In this document: piece by piece, positions 24,301 through 46,934 of the stretch
Position numbering within the stretch: the first letter of the stretch is position 1
Layout: each line of letters opens with the position of its first letter
Assembly (NCBI RefSeq): GCF_021869535.1
Contig: NW_026262723.1
Location: 84,816,001 to 84,880,000, forward strand
Origin: Mytilus californianus
Taxonomy: Eukaryota
Direction: 5' to 3'
DNA length: 64,000 bases
Notes under the pieces: generated by a model
The model's database searches: none
What the model was told of the DNA's origin: nothing
What the model saw: only the letters and a program-made list of their open reading frames with translations
Made by a program: the position numbers and the translations under genes

Positions 24301-27137
24301 ACTATTTACTAGTGCTGCATGTAAATTGGACAGTAAAAAAAATAAAATTTCTTCCATTGGTATGCCTGGGTCTTCAGGTTGCAGTCTCATTAGCCTGAAC
24401 ATCATATCTATCATTGCTATCAACTGTTGAAAGGCTTATATAGAGTTAACCTGAAGAAAGGACTAAGTTCTAATAAAAATTGTGATTCTATAAATTATGA
24501 TGCTTAAGCATGTTAAGCGTACAACATCTAAGTGTATGTTTATAATCATGTGAATTGATCATCTTGACATCTACCTAACCAAAATTAAGCCCTTTTCAAC
24601 TGATTTTTATAGTTTGTTCTTATGTTGTACTGTTACAACACTGTCCCAGGTTAGGGAAGGATTGGCGCCTTCAAACTAGTTTAACCCCGCCACATTCTGT
24701 ATGTGCCTGTTCCAAGTTAGGAGCCTGTAATTCAGTGGATGTCTTTCGCTGCTGTATATCATATATTTGTTTTTCGTTCATTACTTTGCACATAAATCAG
24801 GCTGTTAGTTTTCTCGTTTGAATTGTTTTAACTTTTACATTTGTCATTTCGGGCCTTTTATAGCTGACTATGCTGTATGGGTTTTGCTCATTGTTGAAGA
24901 CCGTATGGTGACCTATAGCTGTTACCTTCTATGTCATTTGGTTTCTGGTGGAGAGTTGTCTCATTGGCAATTATATCACATCTTCGTATTTGTATACTTG
25001 TTACATGACTACATACAACAATAGTTTTATGTAATTTCATATAAAAATAAACTAACTATAATGGTACACCAAAAGATAAATTTGACTGAGAAAATTTCCG
25101 TGTGATTTGGAGAGAAAATAACTATTTTTGCATCTATACACATTTAATGGGCCACATACTTAACCATGTTAACCCTTACTAGGTGTCTGAAAAATCCATG
25201 TGGTTTTAATGTACATGTACTTTAAAACCATTATTCAAATTTGCTTTTACAGTATCTTTGAAAGTTCTGCTGTATGTTAATTCATGTGTATATTGATTGA
25301 TCTATTTTTTGTTTCTTAATGTCACCAGAGACATTAAGTGCATATTTTTGTTTATAAATCTATATGTTTTATCTAATTACAATAATTTGGAAAATAAATT
25401 CCCTTTGGAAAATGACTTTTAAATATAGATATTTTTTGTTGTTTTCTAACCCTTCAACACAATTGCAATATCATGGCGAGAACAATATATGTGTAGATAT
25501 TTATGTACAATGTTACTTTGAATAGGGTCTGAAATCGATATAAATTTAAAAACAAGACAGTATGTTTAACCCATAATTTTTTTAAAGAACTCATTTATCG
25601 TCTCAACAGTTCACACATACAATCAATACATATATTATTTTATTTAATCAAAACTACTACCTTTATCTGGTCCCTTTGGTAAGCTGCTGGCACAAATGGA
25701 CTGGTTTGGACAACCTGAACATGCATCAACTTTACCAGCTTCTTCACTCTTTGTTCCAGGACAATCTGAAAACATGTTTCAATAGGGTTTTTATACAAAA
25801 GAATGTAGACTGCTCAAAAGGCATTGAAATAGGAGTAGCATGTATTCCATTAATATTTTCAATTATTTTTAAACATAAACTTGAAATTAATGGTTACAAG
25901 TCTTGAGGCTAAGTCTTCATTAACAGACATACAGTGGGTGATCACTGTCATAACAGTAAGGGAATCTGACAAAAAAAACATACAATTGGGCACTACATTC
26001 ATACACATTTAGATGGTGAGGGACCTACACTAACCTTTAAATTTTATCCATAAATTATGAAACTTTCATTAATTACTGGTCTTGAATCATGTGAATGGGC
26101 ATTTTAAATTTCTTCTTCAGAGAATAAATACATAACATGTATTAGAATGTATAAACACTGAGAACTACAATTCTGTGAATGTTGGAAAGTGTCATGCTCT
26201 CTGCTAAGATAAACTCTTTGTTGTGGCTTAACAAATCTAACGATTTTATAACTTATTTATTCAATGATATCTTCCACTTGACAGTAAGAAGCAAACAATG
26301 TTGATAAATCATATACAGTATATGATATACATTGTACTAGTAGATAACTTTTTTTTCAATTTCTGGCTAACTTTGAACTGAAGCAGCTATCCCATGCTTA
26401 CCAACTATGGAATAACAAGAAGACCATGGTCATTTCTAAAAGTTTAGAATATCTGTTATAATCAAATAAAATCTCGAGAGCATTGTAAGTTCATGAATAA
26501 ATGTAACACAAATTCATAGGAAAAAATGTTATCAGAACTCTATTCATTTTCGTCATTGTGGTTTACCAAATAAGTATTTGAATATAAAATGTATATTGTT
26601 AATATATCCAGAGACATATAAAATCACAAATCTCTCATCTCTGATATACCTAATAAATATATAAATTCAAATATTCAAATTCAAATAAATTTATTGGTGT
26701 AAATTCAAATACAGGAATGATACCAACTGACATTTACAAAATATATAAAAAAAAATAAGAAACATGTTTTTTCATGGTTCGTCTAAGAAAAAAGATTAAT
26801 TGATCACATACTCTCTAGATTACGCAATCAAGGTATTAATTAACTTAACAGGTAATGACAACGTAGAAATCAATATGTTTAACGGTGTATGAAAGGTGTT
26901 TCTAAGGACAAATAATTTTGTAATCAGTGATCATTTTATACCGAGACGCAGTTACAGGTAAGACGGACGATATTATATTAGGAAAACTGTAAGAAAATGT
27001 GAAATAAGTTATTGAAAAATCTTCAGATAGTTACAAAATGTATTTAAATTGTCAATCACACTCCACTGATTACTTTATTGGAAAAAAGAACATTAATATC
27101 ACTCACGTTGTGGTGCATTGCCAGGAACGTCAGCCAT
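276..27137 (-). CDS. NUBP1: Cytosolic Fe-S cluster assembly factor NUBP1 (Nbp35), exons 1-8; 3' exons lie left of the window
   Basis: Manual splice: complement(join(276..386,1852..2006,4037..4127,9636..9668,12360..12428,23963..24096,25661..25765,27107..27137)). All introns GT-AG with consistent phase. Protein has the N-terminal CX13CX2CX5C motif (Nbp35/NUBP1-specific), Walker [40 protein letters not shown] and CPKC. Confidence 0.97.
705..1433 (+). mobile_element. Pearl/HINE-like non-autonomous element, family 1 (about 160-bp tandem core x4, GTAC/GGAC microsatellite, terminal hairpin)
   Basis: AGGGGCATAA at 731, 891, 1052, 1212; end ATGTCCCTTCCGCTATGGCGGGGGCATAAAAA; left end truncated. Confidence 0.8.
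1852..2006 (-). CDS. NUBP1: NUBP1 exon 7 ([29 protein letters not shown]...TTPQ)
   Basis: 155 nt. Confidence 0.96.
2430..3360 (+). repeat. Diverged 145-152-bp tandem array (about 6 units), satellite-bearing element
   Basis: GAGGTCA core at 2466, 2612, 2757, 2905, 3057, 3209; related fragments near 8850-9010. Confidence 0.8.
4037..4127 (-). CDS. NUBP1: NUBP1 exon 6 ([30 protein letters not shown])
   Basis: 91 nt. Confidence 0.96.
4455..5207 (+). mobile_element. Pearl/HINE-like element, family 1, full length
   Basis: Left end GAATGTGTCCCCATGGACAC...ATGCCCC, about four 160-bp cores, microsatellite, hairpin TAATGCCCCCTCCGCTACGGCGGGGACATAAAAA. Confidence 0.82.
6041..6372. other. Two divergent tRNA-derived A-box/B-box units
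   Basis: Minus: TAGCCGCGAGG ... GGTTCGAATCC, then T-run (A9 at 6042..6050). Plus: TAGCTGAGAGG (6259) ... GGTTCGATTCC (6318), then T5 at 6368. Neither folds as a cloverleaf. Confidence 0.5.
9636..9668 (-). CDS. NUBP1: NUBP1 exon 5 ([11 protein letters not shown])
   Basis: 33 nt, tttgtag / GTAAG. Confidence 0.93.
9875..10145 (+). mobile_element. Pearl/HINE-like element, family 2
   Basis: AACAAGAATGTGTCCATAGTACACGGATGCCCC start, (GGAC/GAAC)n, TAATGCCCC...GGGGCA end; second copy at 61173. Confidence 0.8.
11756..12404 (-). repeat. 83-bp tandem array derived from the NUBP1 exon 4 3' end plus splice donor (8 copies including the real exon)
   Basis: GGACCAC recurs at 11816, 11899, 11982, 12065, 12148, 12231, 12314 and 12397 (exact 83-nt spacing). 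Confidence 0.95.
12360..12428 (-). CDS. NUBP1: NUBP1 exon 4 ([23 protein letters not shown])
   Basis: 69 nt, acceptor cattttag, donor GTAAAT. Confidence 0.93.
15203..15614 (-). mobile_element. Pearl/HINE-like element, family 1, about two cores, reverse orientation
   Basis: Reverse complement of the same termini and 160-bp core. Confidence 0.8.
17297..17408. repeat. 56-bp direct duplication (2 copies)
   Basis: ATTGTAGCTAAT...GACCTTAAGAAG at 17297 and 17353. Confidence 0.85.
18950..19245. repeat. Interspersed repeat family B
   Basis: GGGACATTCAAACTCATAAGTCGAAAATAAACTGAC...CTAAAGACTGAGCAACACGAACC...CTCCACATGTGGCACCCG; copies at about 35800-36120, 36735-36840, 38290-38575 (opposite), 44260-44400, 46480-46570. 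Confidence 0.8.
23963..24096 (-). CDS. NUBP1: NUBP1 exon 3 (P-loop)
   Basis: 134 nt, [26 protein letters not shown]. Confidence 0.96.
24575..24992 (+). repeat. Abundant unclassified interspersed repeat (family A), longest copy
   Basis: Family end GAGAGTTGTCTCATTGGCAATCATACCACATCTT. Other copies or fragments at about 100-232, 3620-3952, 8705-8840, 12475-12735, 16105-16380(-), 18293-18425(-), 42762-42890, 50855-50910, 54065-54410. Confidence 0.85.
25661..25765 (-). CDS. NUBP1: NUBP1 exon 2 ([35 protein letters not shown])
   Basis: 105 nt, four-Cys Fe-S motif, ttttcag acceptor. Confidence 0.95.
27107..27137 (-). CDS. NUBP1: NUBP1 exon 1 ([10 protein letters not shown])
   Basis: ATG at 27137, donor GTGAGT, phase 1. 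Confidence 0.9.
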
Positions 27138-27139
27138 AT

Positions 27140-27255
27140 TGTTTACAAATTGTCTCCCTTAGATTTGTGACACGCCCACAAAGGTGCATTTCGGGAAGTC
27201 GCTAAAAAATAAGTTAGAAAGCGCATTTTTTCAAAGAAAACATTTACTTTGAAGA
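27140..27255. promoter_or_regulatory. Compact core promoter upstream of NUBP1, possibly bidirectional
   Basis: Lies between the NUBP1 ATG (27137) and a plus-strand ATG/donor; contains TGTTTAC (27140), CACGCCC (27171, KLF/SP-like) and GGAAGT (27194, ETS-like). Confidence 0.5.
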
Positions 27256-27328
27256 ATGCCAGGGGACCTGCTTACTGCCTCTTTTCCTTGTGAGGCTTGT
27301 CGGTGTGCCAAACTTTACTCTGCAAATG
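27256..27328 (+). CDS. Candidate alternative first coding exon of the tektin (MPGDLLTASFPCEACRCAKLYSAN)
   Basis: ATG with A at -3, open frame, donor G|GTAAGG in phase 1, which matches the phase-1 acceptor at 29769 (AA GCC GTA...) in frame with tektin. No transcript evidence. Confidence 0.4.
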
Positions 27329-28489
27329 GTAAGGATATTTCAATCCAGGAACATATATATTGATTAGATATACTGTTCCCAGTTCAATCCAACAGGTTTT
27401 TTTTCAATATTTTTTATCCAAATCACTCTATATTTTGATATGCATTGTAAAAAAGAATGTAGAATCATGTATTAATTTTACTCATACCTGATTTTAGAAA
27501 CAATTCCTAAAACCAAAAATATGTATAATTAAACTTTTTTATCTAGTTTTTAAAACTAAATATTTACATGTATGCAGTAACATACATTTTGATGATACTG
27601 TAACTCTTTTTTTAATATATATATTTTTATATAACATTTTATTACACCGGTACACTTGAATATGCCGAGTTCCTATGAATCTAAAAAAGATCTTTGTCTC
27701 TCAAGACTTGAAGCAACGCAGCGTGCTTATTTAGCATCTGTGAAATAAAAATGCCGGAATGTTTCTTTGATATCTTTGATATCCTCAAGGAAAACACGTG
27801 CACCTGGAAAGTTTTTATTTCAAAGTATCATAAATGCGTCGGAAATTTCTATATTAAAAAATTAAAAAAAGATATCTCAATAATTTGTAATTTCTTTTCT
27901 AATGAATAGATCTTTGATACATATCACAATATATATCCAAGGAATTGCAAATTTCTAAATATACAATCTTTTTATTTTTATAATTCCTTGCAATTACAAA
28001 ATGTACATTAGAAAACTGAGATATTAATCTTTTGTAATAAAAAAAAAGAATGAAACAAGTTTCTGAAGTGATCGGTAGTTATATTGATTTTAAATGGATT
28101 GTGGGCTAAAATTTATAGCTGCACGTCTAAAACAGATTTTCTACAAAGTTCGAATCTCCAGTAATAATAGATTGCTAACTGCAGGATTAGAGATTTTTTT
28201 ATCATATGCATTTAATTAAACAACCAGGGGCTATTAGATAACCCCTGTCGTTACAGCGTGTTTTGTACAGCCTTATGATGGTTATTGTTTAAGGAATAAT
28301 TAAAGTTATAATAGGATGTTAAGCAATTAAAACCAAACCATTTAAAATTAACAGTTGATAAAAAATATAGATATGAAATTACATGTAAACGTAGCCATGT
28401 AACATTATATTTTAAATAAGCGTGATCTGATTACAGCACATTATTTAGTTATTAACACATATAGATTTTATATGACATTATTATTTGAC

Positions 28490-28701
28490 CCTTGTCGGGC
28501 TAGTCAACCGTATTTCGATCGATAGTGCACCAGAGCACTTTCCTTCCTCGTTGCTTGGTGTCTCTAAGCAGCGATAGCCTAGTAAACATTGACTATTTCA
28601 ATTTGTATGTGGCCATTTAAATTGAACGAGGATTAACAATTATTAAAATTTATCAATTTTAATATCACACAGTCGCTGGTGTCTGGTTCGATTCACATCA
28701 G
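28490..28701 (+). promoter_or_regulatory. Putative tektin promoter and non-coding first exon
   Basis: Locally GC-richer patch; X-box-like GTTGCTTGG at 28550, forkhead GTAAACA at 28582, donor CAG|GTATTT at 28701/28702. Confidence 0.45.
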
Positions 28702-29797
28702 GTATTTATTAATTGAATAATTTAAAGATAGTGTATATGAATTATATTTTATTCACTTAAAGTTTATTTATTAACAAAAACTATATGTCAACATGTGGTA
28801 TATAAAAATGGTGCAAATAATTATATATATATATATCTATAATTATTTGCACCTTTTTTTTTTTACCGTTTAATCATATTTTTTCTATGATACTTTTTAA
28901 CACTGGCAGAATTTTAAAGTAAATAGTTCATATATGCTGTGTAAATTAAAAATAACTAAAATAGGGGATACATTCTATCAAGAATGGTTTCACTGAAGAA
29001 ACCTTTACATTATAATAGTAAATGACCGATCATTAAAGGCCTTAAAAGGGGGATTGTAGTTCCACGTTTTTTGATGATTTTTTTTTTGTATAATTGCAGT
29101 TGGTGCTATAATAGAATCACGTTTATTGGGCAAACACGTATGCTTCGATTTTTTTTTTTAGTTTATTGCATATTGTTCAAACACAATGCATGTACTATAC
29201 GCTAATCGGTGATGATGGTATAAATACCGCTGCATAGGTCCTAGTCTCTAAGTGTATTTCGTTAAATATATGTTCTACTATCATACACCGCGACAATCAA
29301 GTCTAAATGAAACCTCAGCCACACAGTCACACTTTATGCATCCAAAAACACGTTATAGGTATTTCATTCCTATTGAATTCATTTATGCATCACAGGCATA
29401 TCTTCATAATAAAACAGCAAGTACCCCCAGCTACATATACAGAATTCACATTTCTGATGTGTCGTATTGAGTAAAGTCTCTTCCATTTTACTTCAATTGA
29501 GAATATATCTATCACTCCAATTAATGACAAACGGTTGTTAAGACTAAAAAGAGAAATAAGATTCACGAACAAATCAGTCTAAATGGTCGAAAATATTTGA
29601 TCGCAACAAGACTTGAAACTAACTTTTTAAATGTCTATATGCAGAAACAGTTATTTGCAAGTTTTAGCTTTGTCATGAAAGGATATTTCTCCCAATTTAT
29701 TTCATGTCAATATAAATTTCATAATGTGTTAAATTTCAATTAATTTCTACATTTGTTTATATTTTCAGAAGCCGTACCTACATTTAGACCTCCCAAG

Positions 29798-34875
<5,078 letters not shown>

Positions 34876-36984
34876 GGACAGATTAGACATTTAATCAAAA
34901 GAAGTACAAATGAAAATCTTGCACGTTATTTATGAACAAAAATCAGTATTTGAAATACACATTTAAGTAAAGTTTATGTCGGTCCTGAATCAGTATTACT
35001 GCTAACATAGATACTGTGATAATGTATGCATTGGAATTTGTTGATGAGCAATTTTGTTATGTATATGTGTCTATTATTGTTATTTTTTTTCTGTTTCTTT
35101 TGCATAATATGGTTATTTCTTTCTTTCTTTCTATCATTTGTATTTTGCCGATCTATATGATGATGGTTCTTGCACCATTAAAGCTAAAGTATATTTTCTA
35201 GACAAGAGAAATAATTCAGCATCAGATGCTTTGTACATATATATAGAATATCAATCTGTGATACTTAGTATATTTATTTCTGAATATAGCTATATTACCT
35301 GTCAGTATTTGCACTTGTGTGATGAATCAATGTTAATAAAAATGCATAGTGCTTGTTTAATTAAACTTCATTTAAATGCTTTCTTATTTATTATTGTCAT
35401 ACTATGTTGTCATCATATTAATGTTTGCTCAAAACCGTTTTTGTAAAGGTTGAACACTTTGAAAAATAAAATGGATGCTGTGATTTGGTGTTCATATTTG
35501 TAACTTGTGGGTAATTGTTTGTAATATCAAAAGAAAGTATAGATCTATATCAATTCTTTACACGCTTGCCTATTGAATTATTACATACCGTTTCTTTAAT
35601 AATCCGTTGATAAATTAAGACACTATCTTTATCCATCAAGGAATGTTGACCTAAGACGAATTTGAATATTCTTTTTATTTCCCTTTTAGTCACATAGCTC
35701 CGCATGTATTCAGATGTCTATACATCCTTAGCTTATAAATGTTTGGATTTGAGCGTTCATGATGGTGGTAAAGCCACAAAAGTGATTTGGACGCACTAAA
35801 TGAAGAAAAGAGGCGGACGATGCCAAGGGGACAGACAAAACTCATAAGTCGAAGAAAACGGACTACGCTATGACAAAAAACAAAAAACGATGAATAAGTC
35901 CACAATGCACATTAAGTTTGGGCGATATAAACCCAACCCACAAAAAAGAGAGTGAACTCGTATTCCGTAAGGGTATAAGTATTTCTGGCTCCACATGTGG
36001 CACCCGTCGTGTTGTTCATGCAAATACAAATCCAGTATCAAGTCCGATTCGGTGATGCTACAATCGCGGAAAAGAGGACGGGATTGTGATTACAATTGGA
36101 ACATATCCGTGGTCTTCTGATGTCATATAAAGTGTAATTTACATAATGTATTTTCAAGTTCTATCAATAAAATATGGTAGGTTTTCCTTATAAATAATTA
36201 AAGCATCTTATTAGCCGTGCTTAAAGGCAAGAATAATACAATATGTTACCTTTAAGTAACGCTTCAAGTAAGGGCAATTGATATCAAAACATAATGACAG
36301 TTAATATAATTCATAACACATTTATTCAAAAATTCAAACTTAATATATTTCTAATTTTTAACTGAAAATAATCCTAGCATTTCAAGTTCAAACATGACAA
36401 TTTTAACAAAATGGTTTGTGAATACACAAGACCCTCTCCAGTACAATGTAATGAATAGCAAGTACACTGTATCCTCACCAACAAATACACAAGAATGCTA
36501 TAATAATGGATAAACCTTGATATTACTCCTTTCACAAACACACCTGAACGTCGAATATCTAAGTTCTATTGGAAGGATATTAAACAGTATACTCGACAGA
36601 TAACAGTTTAATATGTCTTCAGCGTACTCGATGAAGTTTAGATAAGTTTTCATTATACGTTTTTAATGACGATTTTAATATATAAATAAAAGACATTTAA
36701 TATTTCATCGTATCTTAAATTAAAAGATAGGCAAAAGATACCAAAAGGACATTCAAACTCATAAGTCGAAAATAAACTGACAAAGTCTTGGCAAAATAAG
36801 AAAAAAGACAACATAGCAAACTAAAGACTGAGCAACACAATGGTGATGTCATTTATTCTAAAGTTGAAGCGTATTTATGGCTTTCACATGTTTAAGTTTG
36901 ACCGTTCCTGGTTAAGATAAATCATAAAAAAGTTCGGACTAACAAAATTTATAAATTATGCAAGTTCATTTAATAGCACTGGGT

Positions 36985-37145
36985 CGATACCGTCGCTCAT
37001 GGTGGACTGTTAGTCCCAGAGGGTATCATCAGCTCAGTAGTCAGTGCTTTGATACTAACATGATTTGTAACATCTTCTTATTTCAAATTCCACGTTCATA
37101 AATGAAGAAATTATAATGAAACTCAGGTTCCAACTTCCTCGGATC
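36985..37145 (+). repeat. Fragment of the retrozyme-type repeat body, opposite orientation
   Basis: GGTGGAC...GAGGGTATCA mirrors TGATACCCTCG...GTCCACC at about 49390..49420. Confidence 0.5.
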
Positions 37146-38789
37146 AATTCCTTTCACACTCAGTTGTGTATTGCCAACATTCCTGGAACCAGTGCGCTCT
37201 AATTAATATGCAATTAAAGATATGTCGATTTTTTTAGCACAATGCAGGAAAAGTTATAGTTTTGAAATGAAATGACTTTCACTTTATTTGAAGTTAAAAC
37301 AAAATAGCTATGAATGCTTGAAATTGCAGAATTTAATATCGAAAGCAATGGGGCTATGAATTAGTGGTTTTATTTTTATACGGACTTCATAAATAGGGAT
37401 GTGTTCCTTACATTAAAACTGCTACAACAGAGTTATGATGACGATCGACTGAAATCGACTCTGCATACGGACAAATTCACGAATTGTTTGACCGAAACTA
37501 TGTGTCGGTGTCTCAACATTAGCGACATGTTTTCGTGGTCTTAGATCTTTAGATACCAGTATAGTTATCTGTAATTTGACCTTTTGTGACATTTTGACAG
37601 AGTGTGAATAGCATGGCGGGTGATGCATGAATAGCAGGAGACGCTTAATCTGTCGACGCACCTGGTCTCGCGAATTTTTGGAGTTCATGTGATTTTTTTC
37701 AATTTTTGTTGGTTACTCTCATATGTCTTTTTGATTGATTTATGAGTTTTGAACATCGTAAAACTACTGTTGTCTTTATTTAAATACTTAGAACGAAGTA
37801 TGTCTTCCACTTCTTAAAGGATAGCTGTTCAAATACAAAGTGTGTATCACAACATAAAATTTCGGTCAAAGGGTAAAGATTTGAAATATTTAGGATATTC
37901 GAAATTTGTGATTACAGCTTCCCATTTGTGAACTTTCCATTTCTTTGTAGCAACATTCAAACAGAGTCTGTATATGGATTATGTATCTCCTAGTTATACG
38001 ATACGATATTCCAGAACTTGCGTTTCCTATCATGATTTCCTTAATAGGGGGTTGCTAATTACAAGGAAGCTATTGTTCGAGGTCTTAAAGTTGAAATCGT
38101 CCTTTCGGAAGTTTTACGGACGTTATGGCAATCTAATCAAATTATCGATCTGATTTCGGAGTGTTCACATGAGTGAGCGCGTTACGATAGATCTGAATTT
38201 TAATCAGGTTGAATGTTATGTAATACCTGTGCCACAGATGACCACGGATATGTTCCTATTGTCGTAACCACAATCCGACCCTTTTCTCCATAAATATAAT
38301 ATGACATCAGCGATTGAGATTCATCATCAAACTGTACTTACTTTGAGCAACACTAAGGCTGCAACTAGAGGAGTAGGATATACTTACCCTTCAAGAGCAC
38401 ATGAAATCACCCACGTTTTAGGTGTGGTTCGTGTTGCTTAGTATTAAGTTTTTCTATATGGTGTTTGGTAGACTAGTTTGTCTTTTCTTCGTCTTCCGTT
38501 TTATGCCTATAGGTGTTGTTAGTTTCTCTTCGACTTATGAGTTTTGAATGTCCACTTGGTATCCTCCGCCTCTTTTTTTACATGTTACATATAAATGCAT
38601 TTCGGAAACCTTATTTTTAAAAATATTGATTTAATGTTTTTTTCATCGGAAACGACATTTTACCTGAGATTAATGTTCCAAGGTCCAAATTTCATTAATA
38701 TACAAACAACTACAAACACTTTTTTGTTGGCGATTTAGTTGTGTGTTTGTTTGAATTTCTTAGTCAGGTGTGATGTATGTTTACACAAT

Positions 38790-39105
38790 TTTGGCTGCTT
38801 GCTTGATCCCAAATATTGTCACATTTACCTATTTATACCTATTAAATCTGTTTGGGTCGATCACCCAATTTTGTCAATATAACGGAACTATAAACACTTA
38901 CAAGTGGGAGGTTTAGCTAGCTATAAAACCAGGTTTTACCCACTATTTTCTTTGGGAGATGCCTGTACCAACTCAAGGAATATGACAGTTGTTTTTCACT
39001 CGTTCCGTTGGTTGATAACGTTTAATTTTGTCAGTTTGTATGGACTTCCCCTTTTTGAATTTACCTTGGAGTTCGGTATTTTTGTTATACTTCTTTCGTA
39101 CTAAG
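38790..39105 (+). repeat. Interspersed repeat family C
   Basis: TTAGCTAGCTATAAAACCAGG...GCCTGTACCAA...GGAATATGACAGTTG; second copy at about 51695..51960. Confidence 0.78.
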
Positions 39106-39582
39106 ATTTAACTAGATGTGCCTGTCCGATGCTTATGTAGTCCGTCTCATGCCTATTAAATGTGTCATTTATTCACCGAAAGTGAGTATAATAATCTGAC
39201 TGTTAGTTATGTAAGTTTTCAATAGGTGAAATAATTATAATCTGACTGTTAGTTCTGTATGTTTTCAAAACATTAAAGAAAATTCAAAATGGTGCTATGG
39301 GTTACTTCGTATCAGCATGGAAGTATATTGTCAATATAATACTTCCATGGTATCAGGGACTGAAAATATAGCGATTAATACGGAGTAATTAAAGGTCTAT
39401 TATGGTAAATCAAGATTTGAAATGCGTACAGATAACATTGGCGTGTATTTCAGCAAAGTGAAATGTTATTTCATTCAAAACAAAACTTTTAGTACGTTAA
39501 ACAACAAAATATGATGGTACACTGCATTAACAGTATTTATTGATGTATAATTTAAAGCTTTGTGCTTAATAATATCAGTAGT

Positions 39583-45882
<6,300 letters not shown>

Positions 45883-46671
45883 CTAAGATCAAATATAACG
45901 ACACAAATATTTGCAGCGCCATTTGTTTAATTCGCTTAAGATTTAATTTACTGGAAACGATTATCAAAGCAATTATGGTAAGTAAAAGTATTTATTTGAA
46001 TTTTGTTGACCTTCTTGTTCACATATAGACTTTGAACCTTTCAGTCTGACATTTACGTGTAAACTTGTTGTAGTTCATGCTGATAACCATAATGTGTATG
46101 ATTTGATGATTCGGTGTCATTGTTGTGATACCATAAACGGTAAGCGAATGTTCATTGCGGGGATCATTGTTTCCAAATCACAAAAAGAAACTCCGTTTTA
46201 CCTTTTACTATAGATCCCTTCGCACATCCCAGACGAAAATTAAATGCATCTGTCATTATTTTTGATGGTGCATTTATTACTACACTGTGTCACAATTTCT
46301 CTGATTCACTATAGCATACCAATTAACTAACAAACAAAAACATGTATGTATTGTTGATTAAGTACAGTAGCTCATCTGCCAAAAGTAAGTACAAAGTTTC
46401 AAATTAGAAATACATTTTACCATAAATATCCGTTACTGAAAAAAGGTTCTATATTTTTCTAAGAACACCACCGGTTTTTGGTGAGATTCACGAAGCTCAA
46501 TCTTTAGTTTTATATGTTGTGTTTTGTAGACTGTCGTTTGTCTTTCCCTCGTTTTTTTCAATGGGGTTGTTATTTTGTCTTCGCTTTGTGAGGTTGAAGG
46601 TATCTCCAGCCTCTCTTTCAAAAGTAACGGATTGCAACTGTTAATCCGATTCGAGTCCGTCACATGATAAC

Positions 46672-46934
46672 TGATTGATTTTGATTTTTGGTGTTTTAAC
46701 GCCACTTTTAAGCACCGCTTTTGGGTTATTTCGTGGCGGCCACTTTTTGTTGGTGGAGGAAGCCGGAGTGCCCGGAGAAAACCACCGACCTTCGTAAGGA
46801 AAACTGATAATCCTAGTCAATTAAGATTGGAGTCGAGTGCACCCGCACGAGCGGGGTTCGAACTCACAACCTCAGTGTTGACTGGCTAGTGATTACAGTA
46901 GTAACTACTTAGACCACTCGACCACCGAGGCCCC
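46672..46934 (-). mobile_element. tRNA-derived SINE with V-domain-like core, full length
   Basis: Minus strand: GGGGCCTCGG TGGTCGAGTGG (A box), GAGTTCGAACC (B box), GGTTTTCTCCGGGCACTCCGGCTTCCTCCACC (V-SINE-like core), (AATC)n-type tail. 5' fragment also at 51414..51452 and a similar tail at 1..47. Confidence 0.85.

Noticed and set aside
29753-29797. ORF-track start upstream of the tektin ATG (and similar overhangs on other exon ORFs)
   Set aside because: ORF ends run into introns; the first residues lie upstream of the acceptor at 29768/29769.
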